A stretch of 64,000 nucleotides of DNA from Plasmodiophora brassicae (Eukaryota). Below the pieces are notes generated by a model. That model did not search any database and was not told where the DNA came from. It saw only the letters and a list, made by a program, of their open reading frames with translations. Of this stretch, positions 10,879 through 21,764 are shown one piece after another. The translations under genes were made by a program, and so were the position numbers. The DNA lies in NCBI GenBank assembly GCA_036867785.1, contig CP145417.1, forward strand, positions 1-64,000, given 5' to 3'. Within the stretch, counting starts at the first letter, position 1. Each line of letters starts with the position of its first letter.

Positions 10879-13329
10879 ATGAACAACGGGATCGAACAGC
10901 AAGCCCCATCGGACGAGGAGCACGTCTCGCACTATCAGCAGCTGTACGCAGCACCGGAGGGCCACGAACCGCCTCGATCGCGACGCGTTGCCAGGAAACG
11001 AGACGATGTCGACAAAGCTGAGCTCAAGTACTTCAACGCGGCGTGCGTGGAGGGTCGCATCCGTCGGGCGCGATGGATGAAAGCGATGGGCCCGGACAAC
11101 ATGTGCGCTGATCTGCTGAAGGCGCACCCTGAGGCATCTTCGAAGCTGCTGAGCGTCATCAGCGAGATCTGCTGGACGCACCAGGTCGCGCCGACGGTGT
11201 GGAACCGCGGCTACACCAGGCCGATACCGAAGAAGAGCGAAGACCGGAGGCATCCGGGCAACTGGCGAGGACTGGCCATGTCCAGCCACATTCGAAAACT
11301 GCACGAAGTCGGCGTTCGAGAGCTGATGCGCGACAAGGGCCTCTACCAGGTGCACGAGCTGCAGATGGGATTCCAGCGCCGGATTGGCCCGATCGAAGCC
11401 GTCTGGGTCGCTGATGAGCTTCTGGAAACGTACGCCAGGAAGGGTGTACCGCTGATGGCGGCGCTGCTCGACGTCAGGAAGGCGTACGACAACGCGGATC
11501 GCGAGCTGATCTGGCGGGAGCTGGAGTCCCGAGGAGCTGAGGCGACCATCGTCTCCAACATGCAGTCGCTCTTCGACGTGTTCGCGGTCGTCCTGCTCGT
11601 CGATGGTCGTGCACAAGAACCGATACCAATGGCGATCGGTGTCGCTCAAGGCGTCGTCAATGCGCCCGACCTATTCAACCTGCTGGTCAACCCGCTGCAC
11701 GAACGGCTCCGGGCGATTGCTGGCCCCGACTGCCCAGTACTGGTGAAGATTCGCATCCCCATTATCTCGTTTGCTGACGATCAGACGTTGTTCTGCCGCG
11801 CTGACCGCCCGGCGGTTATGCAGGCAATGCTCGACGAGTGCCACAAGTACTCGATCGAATACCACTATAGGTACAATGTCAACAAGTGCGTCCTGAGCGT
11901 GCCGAAGCACCCGGCGCTGCCGCCGCTGCCGACCCTGACGCTGGGTGGTGAACCCATTGCCGATGGCGAGGATCGCGCCGTGAAGTTGCTGGGCGTCTGC
12001 ATGAAGAACGGGCGGATCGATCACGCGGCACAACTCAGGACGAGGACGGCGAAGGCCAGGTCGACGCTATTCGCGCTGAGCCAATCGGGCTGCTTCAAGA
12101 CGAAACACCTGAACGTGAGCAAGAAACGCGTGGTGTTTATGAGCTTCGTGCGATCGCAGCTGGAGTACGGCCTCTGCATCGCCAACCACAGCAGCTCGAC
12201 GCTGAAGGAGATCGACTCGTGGGTCATGCGAACGTGCGCCGAGTTCCTCGGCGGCCACCGCAACGGGTCGATCCTGATGATGCGCTACGCCGGCATTGTC
12301 CCGATGGCGATCCGGCAGGCACAGCTACGTGGCGGGTTCCTGCTCCACCTGAAGGAGAAGGCCGACGAGTACCCGAGGACCATGAGCGGCAAGATCGCCA
12401 AGGCCATGTTCGCGAACCCGGCATCGAGGCTGTCGACGATCGTGCAGAAGTGCCCGGTCTGGTCGCGGGTGCAGGCGCTGATGCGGCAGCAGGCCCGGGT
12501 GAGGGACCTGCGCGAGTGGAAGATCAGGCACGGCACCCGATTGGAGGAGGCGGACAAGAACGAGGGCGGACCCGGGGACGCGCTGGTCCAGGCGCTGCAG
12601 GAACGGGCGTGGCGGCCGTGGGCGCGTGCGAAACTGATGCGGGTCCAGAAGCAGGAGTGGAACAGACCGCACGCGACCGCGTTCCAAGCGACGGCGGACG
12701 CGTACCGGATCGCCAACTGGCTGACGAATCGCCTACCGGGCATACCTGCTCCATGTCAGAACTGCAACGGGGCGTACGAGACGAATCGATACCATTGTAC
12801 GATTTGTGTCGGCGCCCAGCAGCGGCTGGAGCATGTGTATCGCCCGGAGGTGCATCTGAAGTGGTTGACTGATGCCGACAACGCGATCGACGCCTGCCTG
12901 CTCCAGCTGACACGGCCGTCGATCATCCAAGCGCCGGCGTATGATGGGCGACCTAGGAAGCAAGCGTCAGAGGCGGCGTATCGACTCGACGAGCGAACCA
13001 GACCGGTGGCGACGGCGATCGCGACTGTCCTCAAGGACATCGACGAGCTGTGCAGGCCGCGACAGGGTCGTGATGGCGGCGACGACAATGGCGGCGACAA
13101 TGGCGACGACAATGGCGGCGATGATGGGGACGGCGGCGGCGAAGATGGACCTGTCGAGCTCCGCATCCAGGACGGCAACGGCGACGATGATGGCAGCAAC
13201 GGCAACGGCGACGATGATGGCAGCAACGGCAACGGCGACGATCAGGGCAGCAACGGCAACGGCGGCGACCAGGGCAGCAACGGCAAGCGGTACGAGCGGC
13301 GCCCGCCGATCTGGATCCGGGTACCGTGA
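10879..13329 (+). CDS. Non-LTR (LINE-type) reverse transcriptase, 816 aa, no endonuclease domain
   Basis: KAMGPDN, PIPKK..WRGLAM, QMGFQ, LDVRKAYD, GVAQG...PDLFNL, FADD, KLLGV, and a C-terminal CQNC..ET..H..C knuckle. An in-frame stop at 10822 leaves no room for an N-terminal APE domain. Confidence 0.92.
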   Translation: MNNGIEQQAPSDEEHVSHYQQLYAAPEGHEPPRSRRVARKRDDVDKAELKYFNAACVEGRIRRARWMKAMGPDNMCADLLKAHPEASSKLLSVISEICWTHQVAPTVWNRGYTRPIPKKSEDRRHPGNWRGLAMSSHIRKLHEVGVRELMRDKGLYQVHELQMGFQRRIGPIEAVWVADELLETYARKGVPLMAALLDVRKAYDNADRELIWRELESRGAEATIVSNMQSLFDVFAVVLLVDGRAQEPIPMAIGVAQGVVNAPDLFNLLVNPLHERLRAIAGPDCPVLVKIRIPIISFADDQTLFCRADRPAVMQAMLDECHKYSIEYHYRYNVNKCVLSVPKHPALPPLPTLTLGGEPIADGEDRAVKLLGVCMKNGRIDHAAQLRTRTAKARSTLFALSQSGCFKTKHLNVSKKRVVFMSFVRSQLEYGLCIANHSSSTLKEIDSWVMRTCAEFLGGHRNGSILMMRYAGIVPMAIRQAQLRGGFLLHLKEKADEYPRTMSGKIAKAMFANPASRLSTIVQKCPVWSRVQALMRQQARVRDLREWKIRHGTRLEEADKNEGGPGDALVQALQERAWRPWARAKLMRVQKQEWNRPHATAFQATADAYRIANWLTNRLPGIPAPCQNCNGAYETNRYHCTICVGAQQRLEHVYRPEVHLKWLTDADNAIDACLLQLTRPSIIQAPAYDGRPRKQASEAAYRLDERTRPVATAIATVLKDIDELCRPRQGRDGGDDNGGDNGDDNGGDDGDGGGEDGPVELRIQDGNGDDDGSNGNGDDDGSNGNGDDQGSNGNGGDQGSNGKRYERRPPIWIRVP
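13075..13285 (+). repeat. Coding minisatellites (GGDDN / GNGDDDGSN) in the RT C-terminus
   Basis: Short GGCGACGACAAT-type repeats and 27-nt GGCAACGGCGACGATGATGGCAGCAAC repeats, all in frame. Confidence 0.85.
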
Positions 13330-13628
13330 CGATCGCTCATGCCCGGCCGGATTTTTCCCATCCGATCAGCGTCTGACGCCCGGATGGGTTTTTTCATCCG
13401 GCCGACGAGGCCATCACCAGGCCTATCGCGACATGCTGGCGACGACGACCATCGGCGCCGCCAGCATCGACACGCACCACCCGCACTGCGCAGTCCGTCA
13501 CAGGCGGCCACTGCGTAGCGCTATTTCTATCATGTGACCCTTCATCTACCTACTCAAGACGACACTGGCAATCGTATTATGCTCGGCATCGGTTGGAAAA
13601 GGGTGGTCTACGCCTAATACACACAAGA

Positions 13629-13640
13629 CTAAAACCCTAA
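13629..13640 (+). repeat. Interstitial telomere-repeat remnant CTAAAACCCTAA
   Basis: Perfect 12-nt match to the terminal repeat in the same orientation. CTAAAACCCTAAGCC also occurs at 239-253. Confidence 0.55.
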
Positions 13641-13661
13641 GCCACGAATGCCTTTGCTTAG

Positions 13662-14481
13662 GGGGATATCCGGAGCCTACAAGACGAATGCTGGCTCAGC
13701 GATGCCGTTATCATGGCATGCCTGTCTCTGATCGTCCAGCGTGACGAAACGCGTCGAGTCGCGATGCCTGGGCGTTACCCGACGTGCTTTGCGCTCGACT
13801 CGCAGCTGTACGCGAAGATGATGCAGGGCGGCCAGTACGCCTACGAGAATGTGAGGACGTGGGCCAGATGGTTCGCCCACGAGCCCGTGTTTGACTACGA
13901 CTTTATATTTGTCCCGATCTGCGACGCTTACCATTGGTTCCTGATGGTTGTCCAACCCAAGCTCAAGCTTGTGGAGTGGTACGACTCTCTGCAGCACACA
14001 CCACCCCGCACTGAGTTTGGTCGCAACATCATCCGGTACGTGCGGGATTTGTATCTGGACATGACTGGCCGCCCATGGGAGACGGAATGGACCTGTCGCC
14101 GTGCTGCCGGTCGGTTTCCCAAGCAGAGCAATGGGACCGACTGTGTCGTCTTCGTGATCGTGTATGCTGACTACTTGGCGAACTCGTCGCCCATGACGTT
14201 TTCCGGTACCGATATCAGCTTCTATCGTCGTCGATGGACAGTGGAGATCGCACGAAAGGACATGCTCGATTGCCCGCGTGAAGAACGCAACCTTAACCAC
14301 GGGCCTGCGGAATGCGACCGACGATCGATCGAGTCTCCAGCGTTCGATGATGTCCCCCCGATCCAGTTTGATGACTGCGCTCCGAATTCCAATAGCGCGG
14401 TCAACTCGCACACGACCGGCGGGTCGGGTACGACTTTGACCGCCGTTGGGGACGCTGTGAACGACGAACACGACCGTGATG
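13662..14481 (+). CDS. Ulp1/SENP (peptidase C48)-like domain
   Basis: DIRSLQDECWLSDAVI, FIFVPICDAYHWFL (His), WYDSL (Asp) and KQSNGTDC (Gln, Cys). Confidence 0.88.
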
Positions 14482-17400
14482 GTTGGTATCGAGACCGGCA
14501 AATTACGCGATAGTTGACTTTCTTACTTTGAGTTAGGTGGTTCGATGAACGTTGTAGCAGGGGAATCGGCTCTGATGCCCATTGATCTGTCGCTGCCTGA
14601 GCCGACACGTGCGCCGCCGCAACACGCCGATGGACTTGGGCCGCTCCCTTCTGGTGCACCCGTCTACACTGCAGCAGCACCTCAAGAAGTCGCCACCGTT
14701 GCCGTCGATACGGGAGCTGATGATTCGCCTCATGGTTGGTTACGTGTTGGAATAATTGTTTGTATTCCATATTGTGACGCCAAACTAGGTAAGATAACGC
14801 TTGACCCGCACGACCCTAACATGAATTGCGTAACCGCATCGACGTCTTGGCCTCGTGATGTGCCCCCACTGACAGGGTGCCAACCGGAATCGTCGTCTGC
14901 AGTTGCTCTCGTGTCAATCACCGCTGTTCGAACGTCTCCTGATTCGCTTAAGATGCCGGTCCGTCCGCCTCCATCAGAGTCGAGAACATCATCTTCCTCA
15001 GATGATAGTGTATCGTTCCTGCCTGCTGTTCGTCGCCAAGCGTACGACAATATTCCTTCAATGCAGCCGTCGAGTTGCACACCAAACAATCTTCTCTCTG
15101 TAGCCGTCCATCGCGGTGACGTCCCCAGAACAGTCTTGACGGATGCGGTGATGGATCTTGACAATCTGGACGAATCTGAGTTATACCCAATCGATGACGC
15201 AGAGCTCGACGACCAAGACGAGGACGACATGCACGCAGGCGCCAAGCCGGACGACCCCGGCGGAAACGCCCATGACGATCAGGATTGCCAAGCGCCGGAT
15301 GACGCTAGTTCCGAGGGGGAGTGGCTTTGGGAACCACGTTTGTGGTTCGTGGGGCGCAGGAGGGCCGGTACGAACGTCGATATTCCTAAGCCGCTCACCG
15401 ACGCTGTTCGACTCAGACTGGCGGAATTGAATGACACGTATGGGATCACCGTTGACCCGTCTGTCAGGCACATTTTCCAGAATTGGCATGATCTTTCCTG
15501 GCAATCTTTCGAGAACGTGTCGACCTGGTTGCTTTCGTACTTGTGCTGGTATCAAAAGGTTCCCGCGAACAGGGAAGTCCTCGCAGGCCACATCAGGGAA
15601 TTGGAAATCCGATTGCAGACCTCGCCACCGATCCTCCGGGCCCAGCTGGACAAATGGCAGCGGCAGGCACTCGCAGAAAATAACAAGGATGGTAATGTCA
15701 TGATCGTGGACCAACGGCACTTCACTGCCAATGGCCTCTGGGTGCCTGATTTCGTCGCGGCCGTCGCCTTGTGTCCAAATCCCGTCGTCTTAGATGTAAT
15801 TCTGGACGAACCAGTCCCCTTTAACCATCAGAGGGCGTTGTTCGACGAATTCGCCGTTCCCGAGGACGCCTTGTTTGACCACGTGCATCCCATGACTTCG
15901 CGGGATAACTGTCGCGAGATTGTCGGGCTCCGGTTTGCCGAAAGGCGCATGTCTACGGTACGATGATGAATTGCTTTAACGGATGCTGTCAACAGACCAA
16001 CGGCTGAATGTGTTGCAGGAGTTTACGAGTCGCGTGCCGCACGTCGTGGCGTTGTCAGTGCTGGCGACCGTGGTCTTACCTTTGCAGACGAATCGAGGCA
16101 ACTTGAACAGCTTCGATCTGATCCCTGTCCTGCCGTCCGACCTGGTCATGGGTGACGCTTTGCGTCCTGCACCCATGGTACTGATGTGTGACTCTTCCGG
16201 GGTTCCCGTCGGCCTGTGCAACACGAACCGAGACAGCGACGATGATGCTGTTAGTTCCGACTCCTTCTCGCGAACAACGTTTGATTATCTTCGCGATATC
16301 CGGGAACGGCAGAAGCTGGCCGCAGCCGACGAAGTCGATGTCGAAGCGGAAGACGGTGACGACGCTGGTGGCAGCGTCCGCGTACCTGAAGACAATTCAA
16401 GGAGGGCCACCGCTCAAGGTGATGACGACCGCGATGGAGCGCCTTCGTCGGACTCATCTGGCACGGTTTCTTCGGAAGACGATGCTGCTGCGTCCGATGA
16501 CGGCCAGGTCGGGTTAGGTAACCCTTATGGCGCGGATCCGTCCTTCGCCCTCTTGGCTGAATCGGAAGAAAAGCAGTTGACAAGGGGAAGCCAACCGCAT
16601 ACTGACTGCAGCGCGTTTGAGACGATTAGTCTGCAAGACTTCGCTGGTGACCTGTTCTGGACACAGCATGGGCTACCGAAAGCCGACTGCTTCTCTGGCA
16701 AGTACCGCTTCGATGTTTCAGCCGAGGCACGCGCAGCGTCTGAGAGGCATGGCGGCGTGCCCGACATTCTCCAGACCATGGACGTCGATTCGCTTCAGGC
16801 CATTTGTACGTCGTTCCAGCGATGGCTTCAGGTCTTCCCGCTCGAGAGGGCAACGGCGTTCACGTCGCTGCACTTGATGACAGCCTGGGGACGGCACGCT
16901 GGCCGCCAAGCGGTCAACGGGAGCACATTTCACGACCTTCGGGTGCAGCTGGAAGGCGAACCGCGTCCAACGCCGATAACCAAGTTTCCCATGTTCCTCC
17001 TCGGTGAAGTGTATTGCTCGCCAATGGCCACGATCACGTTGTTCCTGGTGAGTACGAGTCGTCACTCGACACGACGCGGCTTCTCCAGTTCCTGCCGCGC
17101 CGCAGTCAGCGAGGCCATCGCCGCGTGCTCTGATCGACTTCCCGACGAACTCGTCGACTACAGCCAGCAGTACAACAACCACAAGCGTCCTGTACGGTTC
17201 GCGCCGCGAGACGCGCGAACCATGCTGGACACACTGGCATTGTACCTGCAGGACTCGACGATGGTTCTGATGCAATCGTTGGGCGTTCGATCATTTACGA
17301 GGATGGACAACGTCGGCTCGATCCTGGAGCAGCGCCACTACCTCCGAACGTTCTGGCCGACCGCGATCGTTGACTGCGGCCGGTTTGACATTGGCAGCAA

Positions 17401-20400
17401 CGTGGCCGCTGAGCCGTTTCCGGATCAGACACCTGTGGCCGTCTGTCGCGACTACAGCGCTCTACGCGACCGAGACGCCAACCGCGGCGCTCCTGCGCGA
17501 TCCCACTCCTATTACCCGATCGGTGAGGTTGCCGCGTTTGGGGGATGTAAAACGCGGTGCGGCTCGACAATGGCTTCAGCGAGATCAGCGTACAATGCGA
17601 CAGTGTCTCAACGCACAAGAGATCGATCACGAATACTGGCGGCGCCTGTGCGCTACTCGCACCTGGCCACATTCAGCGCCTGTGTGCGGGCGTCTTTCGA
17701 TCGCGGTAACACTCGTAAATTCATCGCTTCGTTGCCGCGGTCTCTGAGGAAGTACGGGCCGATCCGCAAGACGGACGTGAAGCGAGCCCTCAAGCCGGTT
17801 CACAGGTCGATGACGCAGAGAATACGATGGTGCCGCCAGATGATGCGCGAAAGGGTCCCCGTCGTTCACCGCTGCGAGTACATCGCAAACCTGTCGATGC
17901 GCGGCGCTGTGTTCCAGTCGATGTGGCGCGAAGTTGCCCACCTGAACGACGACGACACGATCCTGTGCATCGCGGCGCACGACTTCTGGGCCCATCTTCT
18001 GCGGAAACATGAGCAGTACGCCCACTTCCCCCGTCTGATGTATCGGGCCATGTTCCGACCCATCGAGGGCGGGCGCCGATCACCGTTCGTCACGAACATT
18101 GATCGGCGGCAGATGAACTGCCTGCAGTTCATGGAGGACCTGCTGAACGCACTGCTCGACGGTTCGTTCATCTCGGCAAGCCGGTTCTTCCAGGGCGGTA
18201 CCCCTGACAGCAATGTCGGCGTGTGGATGTCGCCCGGGACGCGCCTGGATTACGTCAATTTCTGCATGTCGGCCGGCAGGGTGTTCATCGATCCAGCTTT
18301 CATGGACCCCTTAAACCTGCGCATTCACGAGGGCCAGTTCCTGAACTTTATCCATGGGTTCGACAACGCCGACGTGATGTCGACGATCCTTCGGATTTCG
18401 GTTAAGGGGTGCCGGCATGCGTTGACCTACCTGGTCCGCTCCTGGTTTCGAACGTTATCGTCGATGCTCTCGGACATGTTGACGCCAGCCGCTGTGGCGC
18501 TCAACCTGCTTCAGACAGAGGGCGCGTACGCGTTCGACCAGCTGCGGTCCAGGAAGGTCCTCGCGCCGTACGTCAGCCATGCGCTTGATCGCCCAGACCT
18601 GGACCAGGACTACGACTATCTGTTCAAGTCGTTCCTTCCGTCACCGGCCGCCCTGCATCGCCTGGCGAGCCCTGGATCCGTGCTGGACCCCTCAGTCGCG
18701 TCGATGCAACACATCACGTTCGCCGAGTGGGTGGCATTCAATTGGATGTCGCCCGGCGTGGACACGCTGCCGCACGTAGCGCTCTGGCGTGACGTCATGT
18801 CCATCGTGCCGCTTAGTCGTTTCCGAGAGGCCGACGTCATGCGCGCGTTGGTGACGAGGGTACAAGGCAGGCGCCGAGCCCTGGGGCGTGATGTCATTCA
18901 CGTGTCGTTGCGTCTACGCTGGGATGGCCGTGTCGTACATCCTCCCGTCGTCCTTGTTGATGCGCCTCCGGAGCGAGTCACCGACGCCTATCTCCGCATG
19001 CTCATGGCGTCCGGCGACAGCAGCCCGGCCCAGCGTCGTGCACTGCGCCAGCGTCCGGCGGGTCGATGGGTGCCTACCGCCGAGTTCAAGAACATCCTCC
19101 AGCAGGTCGTCATGCTGGTCCCGCCACTCTGTGATCCCGACCTGATCGTACCGTTGACGTCAGCTGGATCGCTGCAGATCAGCAAGGTCCCGCTGTCGTC
19201 GCGGTCGGTCACCCTGGCGCAGGCTCAAGGGTCGTGGGCGGAGCTGCCGCTGCCGTCCGCCTTCCACGGGAACAAGCATCGCCGGCATTGGCCGTGGGAA
19301 GCCATGGCCCTGATCATGGGCGTGATGCATTCGAGGAAGGACGGGAAAGGCACCCCGGTCTTGGTCGATTGGGACGGGTTCCTGGGCGATCCACACAACG
19401 CGGTGCTGGTTCAGAGGCCCTGCGTCGACGACACGATTGAACTGTCGAAGTCGCCCCGGCAGATGTCGACGCAGGTCAGCAAACTCGTCAAGAGCGTGTC
19501 TGGTCTGTGGCCGTCACCCGTGGACCTGTCCAAGTGGGGCCTGCAGCAGAGGATCATCCTTATGATCTTCCATGCGCGCGGCCTCGGTCGACGAGTGTTG
19601 ACGTACGTGGGTGAGAAGAGGAACGCTGACGAGCGGGACGGCGATGACCACGTCGTCGACATGTCGGCGGTCCTCAGGTCGCTGGACGCAGGCGCGGTTG
19701 AGTGGGACGACTTCGCCCACGAACTCATGCTGATCGGCGCTGTCGGCGCCAAGCTCAACGAGGTCTGGTGCGCGACGAAGCACACCTACGACGTCTTGCT
19801 GGTGGCGATCGAACTCATCGTCCTGACGTCGAGGCGCCAGAACGATGTCGTCGTTGAGCGGATCGCGTCGCTCGTTGCCCGGCTTGTGCCGATGTACCTG
19901 GACGCCGTCCGAAGGCGGCGAAGCGGCATCGACGTTGCCGGTGCCAACGGATCTGAGGACGGCGGTGCAGGAGACGACGCCGGTGACGAGCGCCGCCCCG
20001 TACGCAGGACAGTAACCAGTCGGCGGGCAGCACTACTGCAGAACCGGTCGGCAATCAGGTGCCGACGAACTGTACGTGTACTGATGATATTCGCCTTGAT
20101 TGTGCAATCCTGCTGATCCACTGTGGGCCTGAACAGAGTACGATGGATGTGGACCCGATGTCGAGCGACGACGACAGCGACGCACCGTCCCAGGACACGA
20201 ACGACGTTTGCGAGTCGTCCTCCAGGTCGTCGGAGTACAGGGTGATTTGGGTTAGAAGGTATTGCGAGCGGGGTGTAGACTGAACCCCCGTGACATTGCA
20301 GGCACCCAAGCTTACTTGCAAGCGGAGGAGGGTTCAAGTGGCTCTCCTCGCGAAACGCCCAGCGAGGAAGCGCAGACAGGTTTGCCAATTGCCAACGCCG

Positions 20401-21631
20401 GTACTGTGGCGAGGGAGACAGCTGACATGCGTGCAATAACTGCAGGTCCACGAACGACCTGCTGTCGACCGTTCGAGCCGCACCGAACGAATCGCCCACA
20501 GCGATCCCGCCCAAGGGTCGGAACCTCCTGCGTAGGTACGAAACGCGATCCAATTGTCATCGACGCTGCTGAAGTTGACGTTCAGGAGTGTGGTGCTGAC
20601 ACGCTACTTCCAGCGGGCATATCGAACGTGGATGCGGCCGGCGTCTGCCGGCAGATTTGCTTCGCCATTGCACCGGTCCATATCCTGCGTCGTTTGCCTG
20701 GATGGCACCGCGTGTCGGGCGACGCGCCCTGGGTGGGCCTGTTCAACCAGGTGATGAACCCCCGCCTGGATGCGAACGTGGCGTCGTACGCGCTCGTTGA
20801 GCTCATCAGCCGCCTGGGCGACGCCGACCGGGCGACACGGTCGTTTCCTGCCGGGCATCAGCACGACGCCGACGATTTCGTCCTGGAACTGCTATCGCAG
20901 ATGGAGGCATACCGTATGGTCGGTTCTGATGGACACGCTATTGTTCGCAGTCTCGTCGAATTCGTCGAAGACGTAATTGACACATGTGCGACCTGCGCCC
21001 ATGCCTCGTCGCGCCCGCCTTGTCAGCAGCCCGTCGTGATGCTGCAGGGTTGCCACCAGCGAGTCAAACTGTCAGCGGTTCTAGTCGGGGAGCAGTCAAC
21101 AACGATAACAAGGAGATGCACCTCCAAGAGGCCTTGCAAACCTGGTCACGATGTCGAGCACCGGTCAACGACCTTCCGGCACATGGCCAGCATGCCCAGG
21201 CCCGGATCACTGTTGATTGTTCGACAGGATCCAATGGAGATCGTCCAGGAATCCGGCCCTGATGGAGCGCAGATCAGCATGGCGCGTCGTAGGACCACTG
21301 TGGTAGGTGCAGGACATCAAACGATGATGATGGGAGGATCTCTTGGATATCTGATATCTCCTCTGTGCAGGACGTGGTGCCAGAATTGGGATTACAGGTC
21401 GGCAGTGCTTTCTTCGACCTCGTTGGCCTGGTCGATTATCAGGGTGGTGACACCCAGTTGGCTGGGCACGATCAAGGGCATTACATATCGTGGGTTAAGC
21501 AACCCGGCGGTGCCTGGGCCTTCTGCGACACCAGTCGCCTAGTGCGGTATGGAGAGTCCCAAGTGGCTCGCCTGCTCGACAAGCGCGTCTACAGGCTGCT
21601 CTTCTACCGATGCATGGGTATCCGTTTATAA
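13662..21631 (+). CDS. Copy B of giant multi-exon gene: Ulp1-like protease + long unknown region + USP-like protease
   Basis: Frame-preserving GT..AG introns at 14482-14536, 15958-16018, 20072-20136 and 21303-21370. The last three are at the same positions as introns in copy A. The 5' start is uncertain. Confidence 0.6.
15983..20116 (+). CDS. Large exon (~1350 aa) of unknown function, paralogous to 892-4902
   Basis: Long ORF, colinear with copy A over its whole length. Confidence 0.85.
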   Translation: MLSTDQRLNVLQEFTSRVPHVVALSVLATVVLPLQTNRGNLNSFDLIPVLPSDLVMGDALRPAPMVLMCDSSGVPVGLCNTNRDSDDDAVSSDSFSRTTFDYLRDIRERQKLAAADEVDVEAEDGDDAGGSVRVPEDNSRRATAQGDDDRDGAPSSDSSGTVSSEDDAAASDDGQVGLGNPYGADPSFALLAESEEKQLTRGSQPHTDCSAFETISLQDFAGDLFWTQHGLPKADCFSGKYRFDVSAEARAASERHGGVPDILQTMDVDSLQAICTSFQRWLQVFPLERATAFTSLHLMTAWGRHAGRQAVNGSTFHDLRVQLEGEPRPTPITKFPMFLLGEVYCSPMATITLFLVSTSRHSTRRGFSSSCRAAVSEAIAACSDRLPDELVDYSQQYNNHKRPVRFAPRDARTMLDTLALYLQDSTMVLMQSLGVRSFTRMDNVGSILEQRHYLRTFWPTAIVDCGRFDIGSNVAAEPFPDQTPVAVCRDYSALRDRDANRGAPARSHSYYPIGEVAAFGGCKTRCGSTMASARSAYNATVSQRTRDRSRILAAPVRYSHLATFSACVRASFDRGNTRKFIASLPRSLRKYGPIRKTDVKRALKPVHRSMTQRIRWCRQMMRERVPVVHRCEYIANLSMRGAVFQSMWREVAHLNDDDTILCIAAHDFWAHLLRKHEQYAHFPRLMYRAMFRPIEGGRRSPFVTNIDRRQMNCLQFMEDLLNALLDGSFISASRFFQGGTPDSNVGVWMSPGTRLDYVNFCMSAGRVFIDPAFMDPLNLRIHEGQFLNFIHGFDNADVMSTILRISVKGCRHALTYLVRSWFRTLSSMLSDMLTPAAVALNLLQTEGAYAFDQLRSRKVLAPYVSHALDRPDLDQDYDYLFKSFLPSPAALHRLASPGSVLDPSVASMQHITFAEWVAFNWMSPGVDTLPHVALWRDVMSIVPLSRFREADVMRALVTRVQGRRRALGRDVIHVSLRLRWDGRVVHPPVVLVDAPPERVTDAYLRMLMASGDSSPAQRRALRQRPAGRWVPTAEFKNILQQVVMLVPPLCDPDLIVPLTSAGSLQISKVPLSSRSVTLAQAQGSWAELPLPSAFHGNKHRRHWPWEAMALIMGVMHSRKDGKGTPVLVDWDGFLGDPHNAVLVQRPCVDDTIELSKSPRQMSTQVSKLVKSVSGLWPSPVDLSKWGLQQRIILMIFHARGLGRRVLTYVGEKRNADERDGDDHVVDMSAVLRSLDAGAVEWDDFAHELMLIGAVGAKLNEVWCATKHTYDVLLVAIELIVLTSRRQNDVVVERIASLVARLVPMYLDAVRRRRSGIDVAGANGSEDGGAGDDAGDERRPVRRTVTSRRAALLQNRSAIRCRRTVRVLMIFALIVQSC
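20586..21631 (+). CDS. USP (C19)-like domain, copy B
   Basis: GISNVDAAGVCRQICFAIAP, QHDADDF and GHYISWVK..WAFCD. The apparent frameshift is resolved by intron 21303-21370. Confidence 0.75.
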
Positions 21632-21764
21632 ATTCGCCTTTTTCACTTTACGCACGGGACGGGTCTGTTTGACATGCAGCATCGCGAGCGTCGATGCTCG
21701 ATTGCCAATGTCTAAGGGTTGGCATTGCCTGGCGAAACCAGGCATGGCAAAGTCGTGGAAGGAT

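Noticed and set aside
10879-13329. Telomerase RT or Penelope-type RT
   Set aside because: Motifs (GPD, QxGF, DxxKAYD, GVxQG, FADD, C-terminal knuckle) are those of non-LTR ORF2. No TERT-specific motifs seen.
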